NCBI RefSeq assembly: GCF_009834535.1
Contig: NC_045696.1
Span: 101,124,001 to 101,188,000 of the forward strand
Length of the DNA stretch: 64,000 nucleotides
Reading direction: 5' to 3'
DNA from: Camelus ferus
Lineage: Eukaryota
The position numbers were made by a program, and so were the translations under genes. The notes beneath the pieces are model-generated. The model was not told the DNA's origin. It worked only from the letters and a program-made list of their open reading frames with translations, and searched no databases. Below are positions 26,029-39,970 of this stretch, piece after piece (within the stretch, counting starts at the first letter, position 1; each line of letters starts with the position of its first letter).

Positions 26029-27864
26029 CGAACTAAAATGATAATGAAAATACAGTGCATTCAAAGCAGTATTTCAGAAAAAAAATATGTTTAAATGATC
26101 ATTTTAGAACAAAAGAAAGTTATGAAAGAAGTTTAAAATATTGCTTTAAGCTGTTTGATAAGAAAAGTAGAGTAAAGCTAAATAAGTAGAAAATGAGATA
26201 TAATAATGATTATAGCAGAAAGGAGTGAAACAAAAAAGAAATATATTAATAAACTTAAAATCTGATCTCTTGAACAGATCAATAGAATTGATGTATTCCT
26301 AGCTAAGGTGATTCAGTCAAGAAAGGGTGAGAGAGAGAGAGGAAGAGAGAGAGAAAAGATAAATCACCAAATCAAGAAAGAGAGATGATCACTATAGAGC
26401 CTCCACACACTCAGTAGATAACAAGAAAATACCATAAACAACACACTTGCTACCTTACATAAAATGGGCAAATTCTCTGAAAAATACAACTTTCCAAAAG
26501 TGATACAAATTAATTTACAGACCCAGACAGTATCAATTAAAATTCCAGATTTTTCTGCAGACATTAGCAAGCTGATGCTAACACATTTGCAGAAAGGCAA
26601 ACAGCCTAGAAAAGCCCAGCAGTTTTGTAAGGGAGAACATAATTAGAGGGCTTATATTACCTGAATTCTAGGCTTATTCTATGGTTACTGCAATCAAGAG
26701 AATGTGGTACTGATAAAAATCAGGCATATGGATAAGTGGAATTGAGTCCAGAAATAAACCCATGCTATAAGGTCACTTGATTTTCAATAATGTCACAAAG
26801 CCATTTCAATGGGGGAAAAAGACTTTTCAGTAAATGGTACTGAAACAATCGGACATCCATACAGAAGAAATCTTGGCAACTTTGCAGTAGGTACAGATTT
26901 TTTCAGTAGAACACAAAAGCAAAGACCATAAAAGAAAAGGTGACCAATTGGAATTATTCAAAATTAAAATTTATCCTGAGAAAGACAATAGTAAGAAAAG
27001 ACAGTACACTGACAGAGAAATTTTTGCAAGATACGTATCAGAAAAAGGACTGGTTGCTAAAGATGTAACAACTCAATAACACAAATCAAATAACAAATGC
27101 TCAAAATATAATAATATATATTTCACAAAAGATGGCATATGAATAGTAAGTGCAAGAAAAGGTTCCAAACATTATTTGTAACCAAGGAAACACAAATTAA
27201 ACTATAAGACACTCCTATATACTCAACAGAATGGATAAAATTTTGAAAACTGACAATAGTAGTTGACAAATATGTGGAATAGGATGCTGCAGGGAATGTA
27301 AAATGGCATATCCACTTTGGAAAACAATAGATATTTCTTTATGAAATGATCCATCAGTTCTACTCCTAGATATGTATCCAAGAGATACAGAAGAGTCTAA
27401 ACAAATTTTTATAGAAGCTTTTCTCACAATAGTCCAACACTGGAAAGGACCAAATATCTTCCAACAGGTGAATGACTGAAACAAAATGTGGTATATCCAA
27501 TCAATGGAAAAGTGTTCAGAAATAAAAGCAATGGACCACAATATATCCAACAACATGAATAAATCTCAAAATCATTCTTAGTGAAAAATTTCTGACACAG
27601 AGGAATACATACTGTATGATTTAATACATATACAAACATAATTCTTGAAGAGACAAACTCTATAATCTATAGTGACAAAATGCAGATAAGTCTTTGCCTA
27701 GAGCTTAGGATAGCAGGTTTGATGAACTGCAAAGAATTGTGAGGAAAACGGGTGATGACAAAAATTTTCTGTATTTGGATGGTAGCGTTGGCTTCACAGA
27801 TATGTACATCTAAAAGTGGCTGCAGTTTGTTATTGATAAACTATACAAATAAAGTATTTAAAAT

Positions 27865-28263
27865 TGTATGTACAGTATATATACAATGAAATATTATTCA
27901 GCCGTAAAAAGTAAATTCTGGCAAAGGCTACCACATGAATGAATTTGAAAGACATTATGTAAAGTGAAATAAACCAATCACAAACACTGTATGTTTCCAC
28001 TTAGAAGAGGTACTAAAAGTGGTCAAAATCATAAAGACAGGCAGTAGAATGGTGATTGCCAGGGTGTAGGGGGAGGAGGGCATGGGGAGTTATTGCTTAA
28101 TGGGAAAGTTTCAGTTTGGCAAGACTAAAAGAATTCTGGAGATGGGTGGTGGTGAGAGCTGCACAACAATACGAATGTACTTAATACCACTGAACGACAC
28201 ACTTAAAAATGGTTAAGATGGTGAAGTTTATATGTGTATTTTACTACAATAAAATTTTTAAAA
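27865..28263 (+). mobile_element. 5'-truncated L1MB-type 3' end
   Basis: atacaatgaaatattattcagcc ... gtagaatggtgattgccaggg ... cttaaaaatggttaagatggt ... acaataaaa. Confidence 0.88.
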
Positions 28264-29139
28264 GGTACGTCACTGGCACAAGGAATAAAATTATTACACT
28301 GAATACTCATCATGTTGTGCATTATTACATTTTGGGATGTATTTCCGATGAGAGAGGGTTTCATTCTGTGCATCAGTGAGAAGTGACTCCTCTACTTACG
28401 GTTTTACACATCTCATTATTAACTATCTAATTTATGGTTCCAGACATCTGAAGCCTTGTTTCTTATCCGCTACCCACGTAGTCCCTTTGCCAGGCAGCCT
28501 GGGGTACATTTTGACCCTGCACCTTTTCTCCATGACGCCTGTTTTGTCATGATACCTGGTGAGCTGGAGGAGATGGAAATAGTATTTCTGGAAGTCACAC
28601 CTACATGCAATGACTTGCAGTTACTTAATTCTACAGACAAGTGTCTAAGAACCACATAAGTATATCCCACCAAACCCAAACCGAATTATCCTCAACTTAC
28701 CTTTACCAGCATGAACTTTGACACCATTTGACAGGAGGGAAGCAAAAGCAGTCTCAGCTAGCAATTGTTAAATATCCTGAATTCACAGTATTTATTTTAA
28801 AAGATTGACAATCCTGTTTACATATTGCTAGTTCCACTCAAAATGCCTCAGTAGGGGCCACTGCATGTGAATGTGATGTGATGGACCATGAAGATTAAGC
28901 TTCATTAATTACCCTCCAAATCCACTTTTGATCATGTAGTCCCATGCACTATAAGGAAAGGGAAGCAAAATTCCTTGGAAATGAAGGGAATTACATGGAT
29001 TCAGACAATGACATCAGCAGCAGCTATCATGGACTGGAAGGTAGAGGCCCTACCCCCAATTTACAAGCACCATATAGAGATCCTTGCATGACTCTGTCTA
29101 ATGAAAAGAATGAAGTCCCAATAATTATAACATGTGACT

Positions 29140-29682
29140 TGTCCACTAACTTGGAAAGTTAGGAGTTAGATTTAAGCTGACAAAATATTTCCATTCCAGA
29201 CCCAGACTGAGAGCTGCAAACTGATAACCACTAAACAGGAAGTGAAATGAGCATAGTCCCTATTCCTGTGTTAATCAATCCTGGAAGTCCTCTCCCCTCT
29301 TTTTGAGAGTAAGTGAAAACAATTTAGCTGTTTATTCCAAGAAACACTTTCTCTTATAAGATAAGACTGTGAACCAATTAAACAGCTTATCAAAACTTAT
29401 TTATTAAGAATTATTAAGACCTTTTCCTTTCTGCGCTCTCTCATCTGAGGTTCGTGTATATTAAACTTTGTCCAGTCCAAACTAGTTTCCTACTTTGCAA
29501 GACATGCCTAAAAACCATCCAGTCTAGACCCTGAAACCCTATAATGTCCTCCCTGACTTCCTTTTCTGAAACATGATCAAAGCTCAGTCAAGGTTCTCCC
29601 TTCCTGAAATGAGTCTAATACAGTTGGCTTTGCTTGATCAATAGTTTTTTCCAGTGGATTTTTGGGGAGTTGACAGTTGACA
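29140..29682 (+). mobile_element. ERV1 solo LTR (MER31/MER67-like)
   Basis: TG...CA ends, TATA-like ccctataat, gagtctaatacagttggctttgcttgatcaa and terminal ttggggagttgacagttgaca. Confidence 0.65.
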
Positions 29683-31264
29683 AAGGGAAAAACAATAAAC
29701 AAATGGCTGAGAGATAGAAGACAGTTACAAGTAGTCCTCAGGTTTTAAACAGGTTTCTTCCTCATTGAAATATTTTATTCTATACTCTCTCATGGAATGA
29801 ATTCAAATCAAAAGTTTGGCCTGAATAGAAACTACATATAAAGCAGATAGGCTTTGTTTGATTAAAGTTAGGGCATGGATAAGAAGTAAAGGCAAGTGTA
29901 TCCTTTGCATTTTTGTGATATCCAGAGTTGTACCAGACACTGTCAGGAATTTAGTAAATGCTTCCTGTGGTATCTCTTATTAATTAAGTTAAGCAAGATA
30001 CAGGATATATTAACTTTTCTCCCATTTTCCTATGTTGATTAACTGTAAAAATTATTTTAATTATCTGTGTTTTAGTTTCCTCATCTGTATAATCACAACA
30101 TTCTCTACCTTCTAATTATGACGCAAAGATAGTATAACGTAGTTTTAAAATCTTTCTCAATTCTGCAAGAAACATTCAAAAGGAGTCTATATTAAAACTA
30201 GATTATTATTAAAAAGCAATGCTTCTTAATTACTCCTGAAATAATTAATGAAAACACTTTATGTTATGATAAAATGTGTCTTTACTAGGCACAGGAAAAA
30301 ATAACATAAACGTATTTTAATTAAACATTGGACTTTCAGAACTGAAAGAAATCAATTTTGCCCAGCTATTTGTATATGCAAAGGATAGAATTCACAAACT
30401 GAATTTAGCTAAAGGTCAAGCATAAAATGAATCAGTTCTTAAATACTAATTAACACTTTACCAGAGATTGTATGAGAACATTTATGGATACAAAATTGAA
30501 TAGTAGAGATTAAAAATGGAGCGTGTGGGTTGATTTAATAATTTATTCCTCCCACACTAATCAGGATTTCTGACTATTTCATTTCTCAGGCACAATTAAA
30601 CAGTCTTTTTTTCTCCCTCTTCCTTTTTTCCTTTGTGAATAAGACTGTTGATATAACTTTTAATTCATGTATGTTAATAACTAAAGGGGAAATATTTATA
30701 ATTGAGAGGGGAAGAGTATTTTAAATTAAATTTAAAAGCTTTTTTACTTGTTTATACACCACACTTCATTATTTTGTGTCAATGAAGTACTTTGTTCTGA
30801 AAAACAATGGGTTCCCCAAATACAGTCCTTTTATTAGATTCATTATTCCCCCAGGGCGTGCTTTCAGCATGACAACTGCATTTGTAGTTAAGGTCATTTG
30901 CATACACGACTTAAAAATTGAGATAATTGCAGTAAGCTGTGAGAAGATTATTTTAGGATAATAAACTACTTTAGGAACTATCTCATTTGTGTGGCCCAAT
31001 ATGCTGACATCAATTTCATGATGTGCAAATACAGTAGGTACAGAGTCATAATATGCATAAAGTTCTTTCTTGGAAAGGATCACAGAAATTGAGATCTCAG
31101 AGGAGCTGTATCTAGTTTAAAAGGATAGAGATTCTTTGAGGGAAGGAAAAATAAAACTCAAAGATTTCCTGATATTTCCTCCTAGGATCACTTGATTGGA
31201 AGAACAGTAACTTGAACCCATTTTTCGCAGCTTCAATCTCTTTGCTCAACAGACCCCTCCACCT

Positions 31265-33058
31265 ATTTTTTTTAGAACAGCTTTATATTTACAAAAAAAT
31301 TAACAGAGTGCATAGAAGGTAGTTCCCATGTAGCAACCCCCTTCCACACGTGTAGTTTCGTATATTATTAACATTTTATATTAGTGTGATATATTTGTTA
31401 CCAAAAATGAACCAGTATTGACACATTAATAACTAAAACCCATAGTTTGCATTAAGGTTTGCTCTTCTTTGTGTCACAATCTCTATGAATTTTGACAAAT
31501 ACATAGTATTATGCATCCATCATTCCATTAGTATACAGAATAGGTGGGTATATTCTACTATATTCCTACTATGCCTACTTCCTCTAACCTTTGTGAACCA
31601 CTGGTCTTTTTACTATCCCTACAGTTTGCTTTTTTCATTGAGTTAAAATCATGAAGTATGTAGTCTTTCCAAACTGATTTCTTTCACTAAAATATACATA
31701 TGAATTTAATATATGAAATTGAATGTGAATTTAAGGTTCTTCCATGTCTTTTGTGGTTTGATAGCTTATTTCTGAACAGTATCCCCTTGTATGGAGGTAC
31801 CACAGTTTGTTTATCTATTAATCTACTGAGGAACATATTACTTACTTCTCATTTTGATAATTATGAACAAAGCTTCTAGAAACATTAATGTGCAAATTTG
31901 TGTGGGTATATAAGTTTTCCACTTGATTGGGTAGATATCTAGGAATGCAATGGGGTAGATTGTATGGTAACCCTGTATTTAGCTTTGAAGAAAATGAAAA
32001 ACTGTCTTGCCATGTGGATGTACCATTCTGCACTTCTACTAACAATGAGTGAGAATTCTTTTGATCTGCCTTCTTGACAGTATTTGGTATTGACAGTTTT
32101 TGAATTTTAGCCATTCTAACAGGTGTATAACAGTGTCTCAATGTTTTTATTTCTAATTATTTAATGACATATTATGAGCATCTCTTAACATGCTTATTTG
32201 CCATCTATATATCTTCTCTTGTCAGGTGTCTATTCAGACCTTTTGTACTTTGTTTAATTTGATTGTTTTTAATGTTGATATTTTAAGGTTTTTTGGATAT
32301 ATTTTGGGTATAACTCCTTTATTAGATATATGTTTTGTAAATCTCCCAGTTGGTCTGTGACTCATCTTTGTTTGTTTACTTGATTATTTCTTTGAGATTT
32401 TTCCATATAGACAGTCATTTCATCTGTGAACAGGACAGTTTTATTTTTTTCTTCATAGTGTACACATTTATTTCACTTTCTTGTTCATTACATTACCTAA
32501 TTGTACATTATGTGATGTCTAGTATGGTGTTGAATAGAAGTGGTGAGTGGGAACATCCTTGCCTTGTTCCTGATCTTAGGTCACATAATGCTTTCTTAAA
32601 GTGGTTTTCCTGAGAGGGTGGGCTTCTGGTATGGAGAACACACTGGTGTATTACAAAATGGTTACCATTTCCTTCCATGGCCAGATTCAGGATGGGAATT
32701 GTTTCCAGTCTTTACTGTGAGAACTTGATGGAACTGCTGGAGGCAAAACCAATGCAATTATGGGGGTCCTTTCAGGACTCGGTTCCCAGGAGTTTTCAGC
32801 TCATACTAACCCACACTTGCCACCAGCATTCATCAAAATTACCAACTAAATGTTTCTATCAGTATTGATTCGTCCCAGGCAAGCTGATCTTGGCTGTGAT
32901 TCTCTGTATTTTCATTCCTCTCCTGATTTTCAGATGTTGGTTTTTCCTGTATCCTTAGTTCTCTAACGCACCTATAAGAAGTCATTGGTTTCAGTTTGTT
33001 TAGCTTCTTTCTTAGGAGGACGAGAGTGATGACTTCTAATCTCTTTAAATGTCAAAGC
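31265..33058 (-). mobile_element. Internally deleted old L1 (L1MC/MD-like): 3' UTR, ORF2 C-terminus, RT fragment, 5' UTR-like segment
   Basis: ORF track 31842-32141 MRHCYTPVRMAKI resembles L1 ORF2 MRYHLTPVRMA; minus-strand LRSGTRQGCSHSPLLFNT and LFTDEMTVYME (FADD motif) at about 32395-32580. Confidence 0.85.
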
Positions 33059-34086
33059 TTTTATCACTATGTCCGTTGCTTTTTACCAATAAATTTTAAT
33101 ATACAGCTATTTAAATTACTAGAGGTAGTATACAAAGACATTTAAGGTAAAGGTATAATTCATCTCCACCCATTATTGTTTCTGGTATAGCATCATTCAG
33201 TTCCCCTTAGCAAGTTCTCATATTTTCAACAAATAAATTTTCATAACCTTTTCAACAACTTTAATTCATTATAGTGTTTCCAATACATAGAGGAAATATT
33301 TGTATTTTCCATTGTATTTCTATTTTCTGTAAGTATTTTTTATGTCTAATGTTCCTGTGGGTACAATTTTGGCCTTCATATCATTCAAGTTGCTACCTAA
33401 TTCATAAGTAATCTCCATAAAATATTAAACTGTATTTGAATATTTTCAAATTTTGACTAGTATGTACTCTGCTGAGATTAAATCACTATAATTCTTTTTA
33501 CATTTTTATTAGATAATATTTTATAAAAAGTATAAGTTGGTTAATTTTTTCACCTCAAAATTATTTCTAAAAGCTTTACAGTGAAATTTAGCAAAAGTAC
33601 TACACTGTGGACATAGTAATACACCATCTTAGTTTCTGATTTTTCTTAAGCTAAAGAATGCTGCCATTTACATATTGTATAGAGTATAAAATTTGATTAT
33701 GTGTAGAAATCCAGAAAGTACAGAACTCAAATTATTCAAATGTAAATATCATTTAAGAAGCCTATAATTTTTAAGATTAGACAATTAGAAAAAAAGCAAA
33801 TATTTATATACTTAATGTTGAGAGAAGTGTTGGTGACACCATTTTCTAGTGCACATTGATTCTTAGTTTAAAAGTTAATCTAAGAAAAATTCTATTGAGA
33901 CAATGAACATGATCTTACTAGTGAATTAGGTTGAAAACAATGATTTTTAGCATCTCCTTGGTAATACGCATATGCCTGAGGAAGAAGGTAGAATCACTTT
34001 AAAGTTGAGTAAAGGAAGGGAAAAGAAGATTTCTCCCTCACTCTGCACATGGACAACACTTAAAGATCTTCAAAAGGAATGTATGT

Positions 34087-34600
34087 TGTCAGGGAGGGAG
34101 AAGTTTCGCCCTTTCCTCCTCTCGAGTTCTTGTGCTGGACTAATAATAAAATTGTCACAAGAAAGATTAACAGGAGGAAAAGAAACACATTTTAATCATG
34201 TGCATGGAAGTCTCATAGAAATGGAACCTAAGGAGTGGCCAAAGAAGGTAGCACTTTACACTTTTTAGACACAGAAACAATACATCTGTGAGGAATTGAA
34301 AGAAGAAAGAAACTTAGATTTTGGGTGCACTATTAGTGAAGAATCTAAACAAAGTTTGGGCTTGGGGTACTAAATTAAAGAAGTAACAATGTTTGTTTTT
34401 GCAGGCTTTTTAGCCCATATAGCCTAACTGGTGATAAGGATGTTCCTCTACCTCCAGATGCAAGAAATACACCTTTCACATGAGAGACTGATTTCCTGCT
34501 TTCAAGGAGACAGAAAGGAGGGTCCCTCTTGTGTTGGCCATTAAGTAACTTTCATTCAAAACAATCAATATGCCATTGAGGCACATTTTGGGTCCCATCA
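34087..34600 (-). mobile_element. ERV1 solo LTR (MER34/MER39-like)
   Basis: Reverse begins tgatgggacccaaaatgtgcctcaatggcatattgattgttttga and ends ctccctgaca; flanks atgt/gtgt (4-bp TSD, 1 mismatch). Confidence 0.8.
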
Positions 34601-35050
34601 GTGTGGTTAACTCTAGTCAATATTTTAAACAACTTTCCAAGGTGGCTGTACAATGACAAGTGACTTTTAAACTCTCAAAACTAATAAAATGATAAGAGTG
34701 AGAATCTGAGCTTAGGTAATCTCAATGCATGTCTAGTTGGAATGAGTCCAGATTGAAACTGGTTTGGGTAATTTGAAAGAAAGTTGATAAAGAACAAGAA
34801 TGGGGTATTACCTGGAAAATAAAGAATAAAAGAGCCCAAAGGAAAAACCAGTAGGACTTGTTACATGACTGAGTTAACTAAACGTAGATGACCAAAAAAA
34901 GGAGTTCTGAGAAATGAAAGAAAAACCAAGAAGCATGAAGCCAAAGAAACCAGATGGAGCACAGTAGAAAAGGTTGTCTGCTTGGACTCCAAATTGATCA
35001 AAACTTCAAAAAAAAAAATAAAGTTTTGACTAAAATATTGGCATGGTAGC

Positions 35051-35418
35051 GGTCTTAGTTTGTTCAGGCTGCTATAACAGAATACCATAGACTGGGTAGT
35101 TTTATAAACAGCAAAATTTTATTTCTCATAGTTCTGGAGGCTGGGAAGTCCAAGGTCAAGATGCCATCAGATTTTCTATCTGGAAGGGCTGGCTTCCTGG
35201 TTCACAGATAGTTGTTTTTTCACTGGTTCCTCATATGATTGAAGGGGTGAGAGAGTTCTCTGGCATCTCTTTATAAGGACACAAATTTCACTCATGAGGA
35301 CTCTGCCCTCAGGACCTGATCACTTCTCAAAAGTCCCACCTCCAAATACCATCACATTGTGTATTAAGTTTCAACATATAAATTTTAGAGGGACGCAAAC
35401 ATTAATCCTATTATAGCA
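35051..35418 (-). mobile_element. MLT1A0-like MaLR solo LTR, full length
   Basis: gtcttagtttgttcaggctgctataacagaataccatagactgggt ... ttctggaggctgggaagtccaagg ... tatagca; perfect 5-bp TSD GTAGC at 35046-35050 and 35419-35423. Confidence 0.92.
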
Positions 35419-35489
35419 GTAGCTTATATAGGCATATAGTCAAAGACATATATACAGAGTCTTTGAACTGGAAATGCATGTAGTATTAA

Positions 35490-35580
35490 TAATTTCTTAT
35501 ACAGATTAAGAAATTGAGGTTCAGAGTGGTTAAATGACTTACTGAGTTCATGGTTAAATGACTTACTGAGTTCACACAGA
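35490..35580 (-). mobile_element. MIR core fragment containing a 24-bp tandem duplication
   Basis: tacagattaagaaattgaggttcagagtggttaaatgactt is the reverse MIR core. Confidence 0.75.
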
Positions 35581-36432
35581 ACGCAAAACCATAACAGAAT
35601 CCCTGTACAAAGGTGAACATTCAGACAAGTAATTTGTCACCAAGTTGACTGGCCTTCTACCTTGATAGACAAGCATATAAAACATTCTCACGTAGGTAAG
35701 CATCCTTCACATAACATGGATTTTTTTAATAATTTGTTCTACATAAAGATGATCCCTTAAAAATAACATAACCTCAATATCCCTATATATGGTAAATTTT
35801 TTAAAAAATACTGAGAAATAACCAAAGGCTATATTTCAAATCTGAGTAGCAAAAACAAGCTATACTTTTTTTTTTTCAGCTTCAAAATAAAAAAGCCAAA
35901 TTAAACAGCATATTTAAGCTTAGTTGAAGAGATGCAGATACCAACGGGGAAAAGTTGATATAATTTGCTCAGAGGTAGACTTCCTTTCTTTTATAATTAA
36001 AATTAATCGGCTTCAAAAATCTTTTGTTCCATTGAAGGTGCCATATTTTAGGCAATCTATCTTTCTTCCGCACAGTCTGATGATGTATTATATTAATACA
36101 TCATTAAAGAGACAGCTTTCAGAAATGATGTATTAGTACAACACATCACTGGAGAAATCAGTAAGAATGCATGACTCATTAGAGTTCATACTAGCCTTTG
36201 AAGAAGAGAATTTTTTTTTTTTTGAATGAGTTTCTTAAATGTGAAGGATCACAAAAGTGGCACACCTGATTACCAGTAAGTTATCCCAAGTAGTTGAAAA
36301 CAAATGTGGACAGGAAAATATAACAAAGTGTGATGAATAGTCACGTGTCCTTGATAATAGTCTGAGATTCTAAGATGCTCCTTCTAAACAAAACTGAAGA
36401 AAGAAGGCAATCAAACTTAACCAAAATATTCT

Positions 36433-36666
36433 ATTTTTTAATTTTTACTTTTTAGCAAAATGTAGTCAATTTACAACATTAGTTGTAACAGATATATAAC
36501 AAAGCAATTCAGATATAAGTATAGATAACTTACATATATATTTTTGTATTTCAGTTTCTTTTCCAGTGCAGCTCATTACAAGAAACTGAATATAGTCCCT
36601 GTGCTATACAGTAGGTCCCTGTTGTTTATCTATTCTTTATATAGTAATGTGTATCTGTCAATCCCA
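36433..36666 (-). mobile_element. Short 5'-truncated cetartiodactyl-type L1 3' end
   Basis: ctgaatatagtccctgtgctatacagtaggtccctgttgtttatct; degenerate TSD aaccaaaatattct (36419-36432) / aaccaaagtagtct (36667-36680). Confidence 0.85.
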
Positions 36667-39600
36667 AACCAAAGTAGTCTTTAAAATCTCTAGTATTTAA
36701 TATATTACCTGCCATTCCTTAATAGGATTTAGATTTTAAAAAAAAAACATTGCTTTATCAATCCCATCCCTTTAACATCATTAATGTTTCATATTTCTAA
36801 ATCTCAGGCTTCGTGTGGCAATTCAGTACCTAAAATAGCATGACTTATTACTGAATTGTATTACCAAGAAGCTAAATGAAGCACTGTAGAAATAGCCTAG
36901 AAATTTAGATTGGCTTTGCTTGATCTTTATATAGTTAATAAGCAAAGTCTCTAAGAAGAGGTGCTGGATACATATAGCATGGTGGTTAAACAATAAAACA
37001 CAAATTAACCAATACTCATAAAGCCAAGTCAAGTAAAAAATCAATAGTCAGAAAATACTTTTTAAAAATTGATTTCTCTACAACCACATTTGTATATTCT
37101 TTCCATTGTATGGCTCTCATTTTCCTGTCCACTGGTCATTAAAAGCTTTTATGAACTGCTAAGTTGCTTATTGTATGATATACAGTTAAGTGCAAAGAAA
37201 ACATTAAGAAACATTTCTTTCCATTTATTTAATCTCTGTTGCAAATTTCCATTAAAATTTCATAGCAATTTTATTTTGTAGGTGAATCAAAAATCTTTCC
37301 TGAAAGGAAGAATCTGACTTTACTTGATTTAGTATTTTTACTTGGCAAAGATAAATATTCAGAAATAGAACTTCTTATAAAAGCTGGGATAGTGAGTTTT
37401 GTTTGGCAAAATGTTTTAAATAAACTTTATATCCCAATTGACAATTTGGATTCAAATAACTACTCCTTAGAATTGCTGAATGTGATATTACCCCTAATAG
37501 TCTAGATGGAACAATAATATGTTTTATAATAAAGAATTTAAAGAAAAGTAATCTTTACTTGCATCACTACTCTGTGATGTTTTCAAGGCATCATTAAAAC
37601 AGTGTGACGTACATTAAGGCTTGAAAATGCTCTACCTCACCTTCAGATTTTACATACTGTGCGAGAAAATCACTTAATTGGCAATTCTGAAACAACCCTC
37701 AAATTAGAGTTCAGTACAATTAGTGTCATTCTAAATATGCACATTTCTAAGCTTTTTATTTAATTTTCAAAGGTAAGAGAAGATGAATGGACTTTTTATT
37801 CTGTTTTGTGAAGCCATTTGTTTTAGGGAAATGGATAGAGAATTTTCTGTGTGCCTGAGAAAATCCTCGCTTGGCCCTCAACACAAGCCTTACTCATAGT
37901 CTCCTCAATTCAAATAGTTCAGGGCTTTCTTTCATTTCAAATCTCCTTTTGTGTGTATCCCTGTACCTGTGTGGCCTGTACCTGGCTTTAAAAATTCAGC
38001 TTCCAGGTCCCTACCACACTTCTGTCCTTCTCACTCTGGATACCAAACTGAGACTAACCCCAGGGTTTGCCTTGGCCAAAGCCCTCTTTCCCAGGTTGTC
38101 ACAGGATTTCAGCAAATTGTAACTAAATGAACCAAGTAGGTGAGCATCTCCATAAAAATCTGGCCAATTCCACAAAGTTAAGAACCACATATGAAAAACA
38201 TAAATTACAGATTGAAGAGGTAATTTACTTCGATAAAAAAGATGTTTCCCTTAGGGCCTGGCCTACCAAACCCACATCTAACAGAGGATGTTTGGAGTAA
38301 TTTTTTGTTTGTTATATAGAAGTTATGTAGTTGTTTACACTTGCATAGACTTTATTTGAAAACCTGTAAAAATGAACTAGCTAATTACACAAAATTAGGT
38401 ACTATTTCACTTAAAATTACATTTTTATAATGTTAAACGTATACAGATAAAAAGTCTATTTGGCTGAAAAACATATTTTAATTACTTGTCAACTTTTCAA
38501 ATGATTCCTGGTAGTGTTTGTACAATGTTTTCCTGAAATACTATTGTACCTTTTAGAATAATGACATCTGCAGATAATGTCTCTCTTGGATTTACTGACC
38601 AAAGGTAACAGCCGTCTAGACAAACTCAAACTTAACACAATGCATTAATTCTATCGGTGATCTAAACTACAGGTTTCTGTAATTTCTAATTCTTCTGAGT
38701 TATAGTTTTTGTTTAGTGCCCCCTCCCCCAGCGCATCTTTCTAATGGGCATCATCAAATACTCTGACTTCTATTAATCCTAAAATTCTAGATTATATGGA
38801 CCACAAAAGATAGGTTCCTTTTATGACACTATTATGTTTGATTGAAAGGTGCATATCAATTTTGGAACAGCCCCAAAACAGTATTCAGGGGAAATAGGAT
38901 CAAAATGAACATTCAAGGGTAAGAAAGAAAAGTATCATTAAAAAGTGATATAAGACCTTTTTTTAAAATAAAGATATGTTTCCTAGTATAGCACACCTAA
39001 TTCACATTCATGAACATATCATGTTCTGTCAATATCCAAATATAAATATCTTGGGCTAACTATCCCCTCTTACTGAATCTTGTATATGTGAATCTATGTT
39101 TTGTTTTTGTTTTTTCTGACTCAGATGTCTATTAATCCTTATACACATCTGTTTTTGATGCCCCATGAAACCCCATTCTGAATCAAAGATCCTACTTACT
39201 CTTCCTTTATCATCAACCCTGCAAACTCTCTTATTTCCTTAAATCATTCCAGGATCCCTCTTGAAGACACTGATCTTCTCTGAGGGCCATATATCCTTTA
39301 ACTCTTTTAAGTAGATTCTGCTCGTTATTTTTCATCCCATGTAAACAAGAACCATCCTATACGTTATTAATTCTCCAAAAAGCAGACATATTTGAGACTC
39401 TTCTCATTTTTTCCTGCTGTCTCCTAACTCAGTTCATCTGCTGTCCCCGTTATTCCCCTCATGTATGGGAGATTTTCCTGTCTTTCTTGACTCCTTAACC
39501 GTTACCAGGCTTGGGCACAGTCAGAGGATCTCCAATATCTCACTGAACAACCAGTCAAAGCCCTCACTTCTCAGGTCTATTTCCAGTGGCTACACTCCAG

Positions 39601-39970
39601 CTGCAACTCAGTCACTCTTAGCCCCAACCCTGTATGTCATCCTTCCCAAGAAACATAGGAACTCTGAAGTAGAAGAGCCCGAACTGCTATCCTCCTAGTT
39701 CAACCTTCCCACCTGACCATCAAAATGTGCACAGTATCAACATCATTTGTGACCTCAACATTTGACTGAAGTGCTCAGCCCTGCTCAACTCCTTTCAGAA
39801 AGCCAGCTCTTCAAGAGACCCACCCCCCGAAAGGAATCAGTCTGTCACTGATTATTGCTAATACTGTTGTTATTATTATTATTATCATTTTGTAATCTCA
39901 ATTAGAGGTATTGGGCATCAAATTACTATTAACCAAAATGGTCTATTTTCTCAGAGGAAAAAGTTTGATT

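Larger units (their letters stand above)
24955..27860 (+). mobile_element. Old fragmented L1 (end of ORF1, ORF2 remnants, 3' UTR; L1MC/ME-like)
   Basis: ORF1-end motif (caacccagaattatagatccag), endonuclease start (aacaagacccaattctgtgttgtctac), post-RT motifs (ORF track SIKIPDF..DISKLMLT), C-terminal region and 3' UTR; many stops. Confidence 0.85.

Noticed and set aside
28695..28790. Consensus minus-strand donor AAG/GTAAGT (another at ~10815)
   Set aside because: No convincing partner acceptor; isolated donors are expected by chance.
30769..31083. Overlapping ORFs on both strands (104 and 61 aa)
   Set aside because: Non-ATG starts and no homology; chance ORFs.
31842..32141. 99-aa ORF as a gene
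   Set aside because: Degenerate L1 ORF2 C-terminal remnant.
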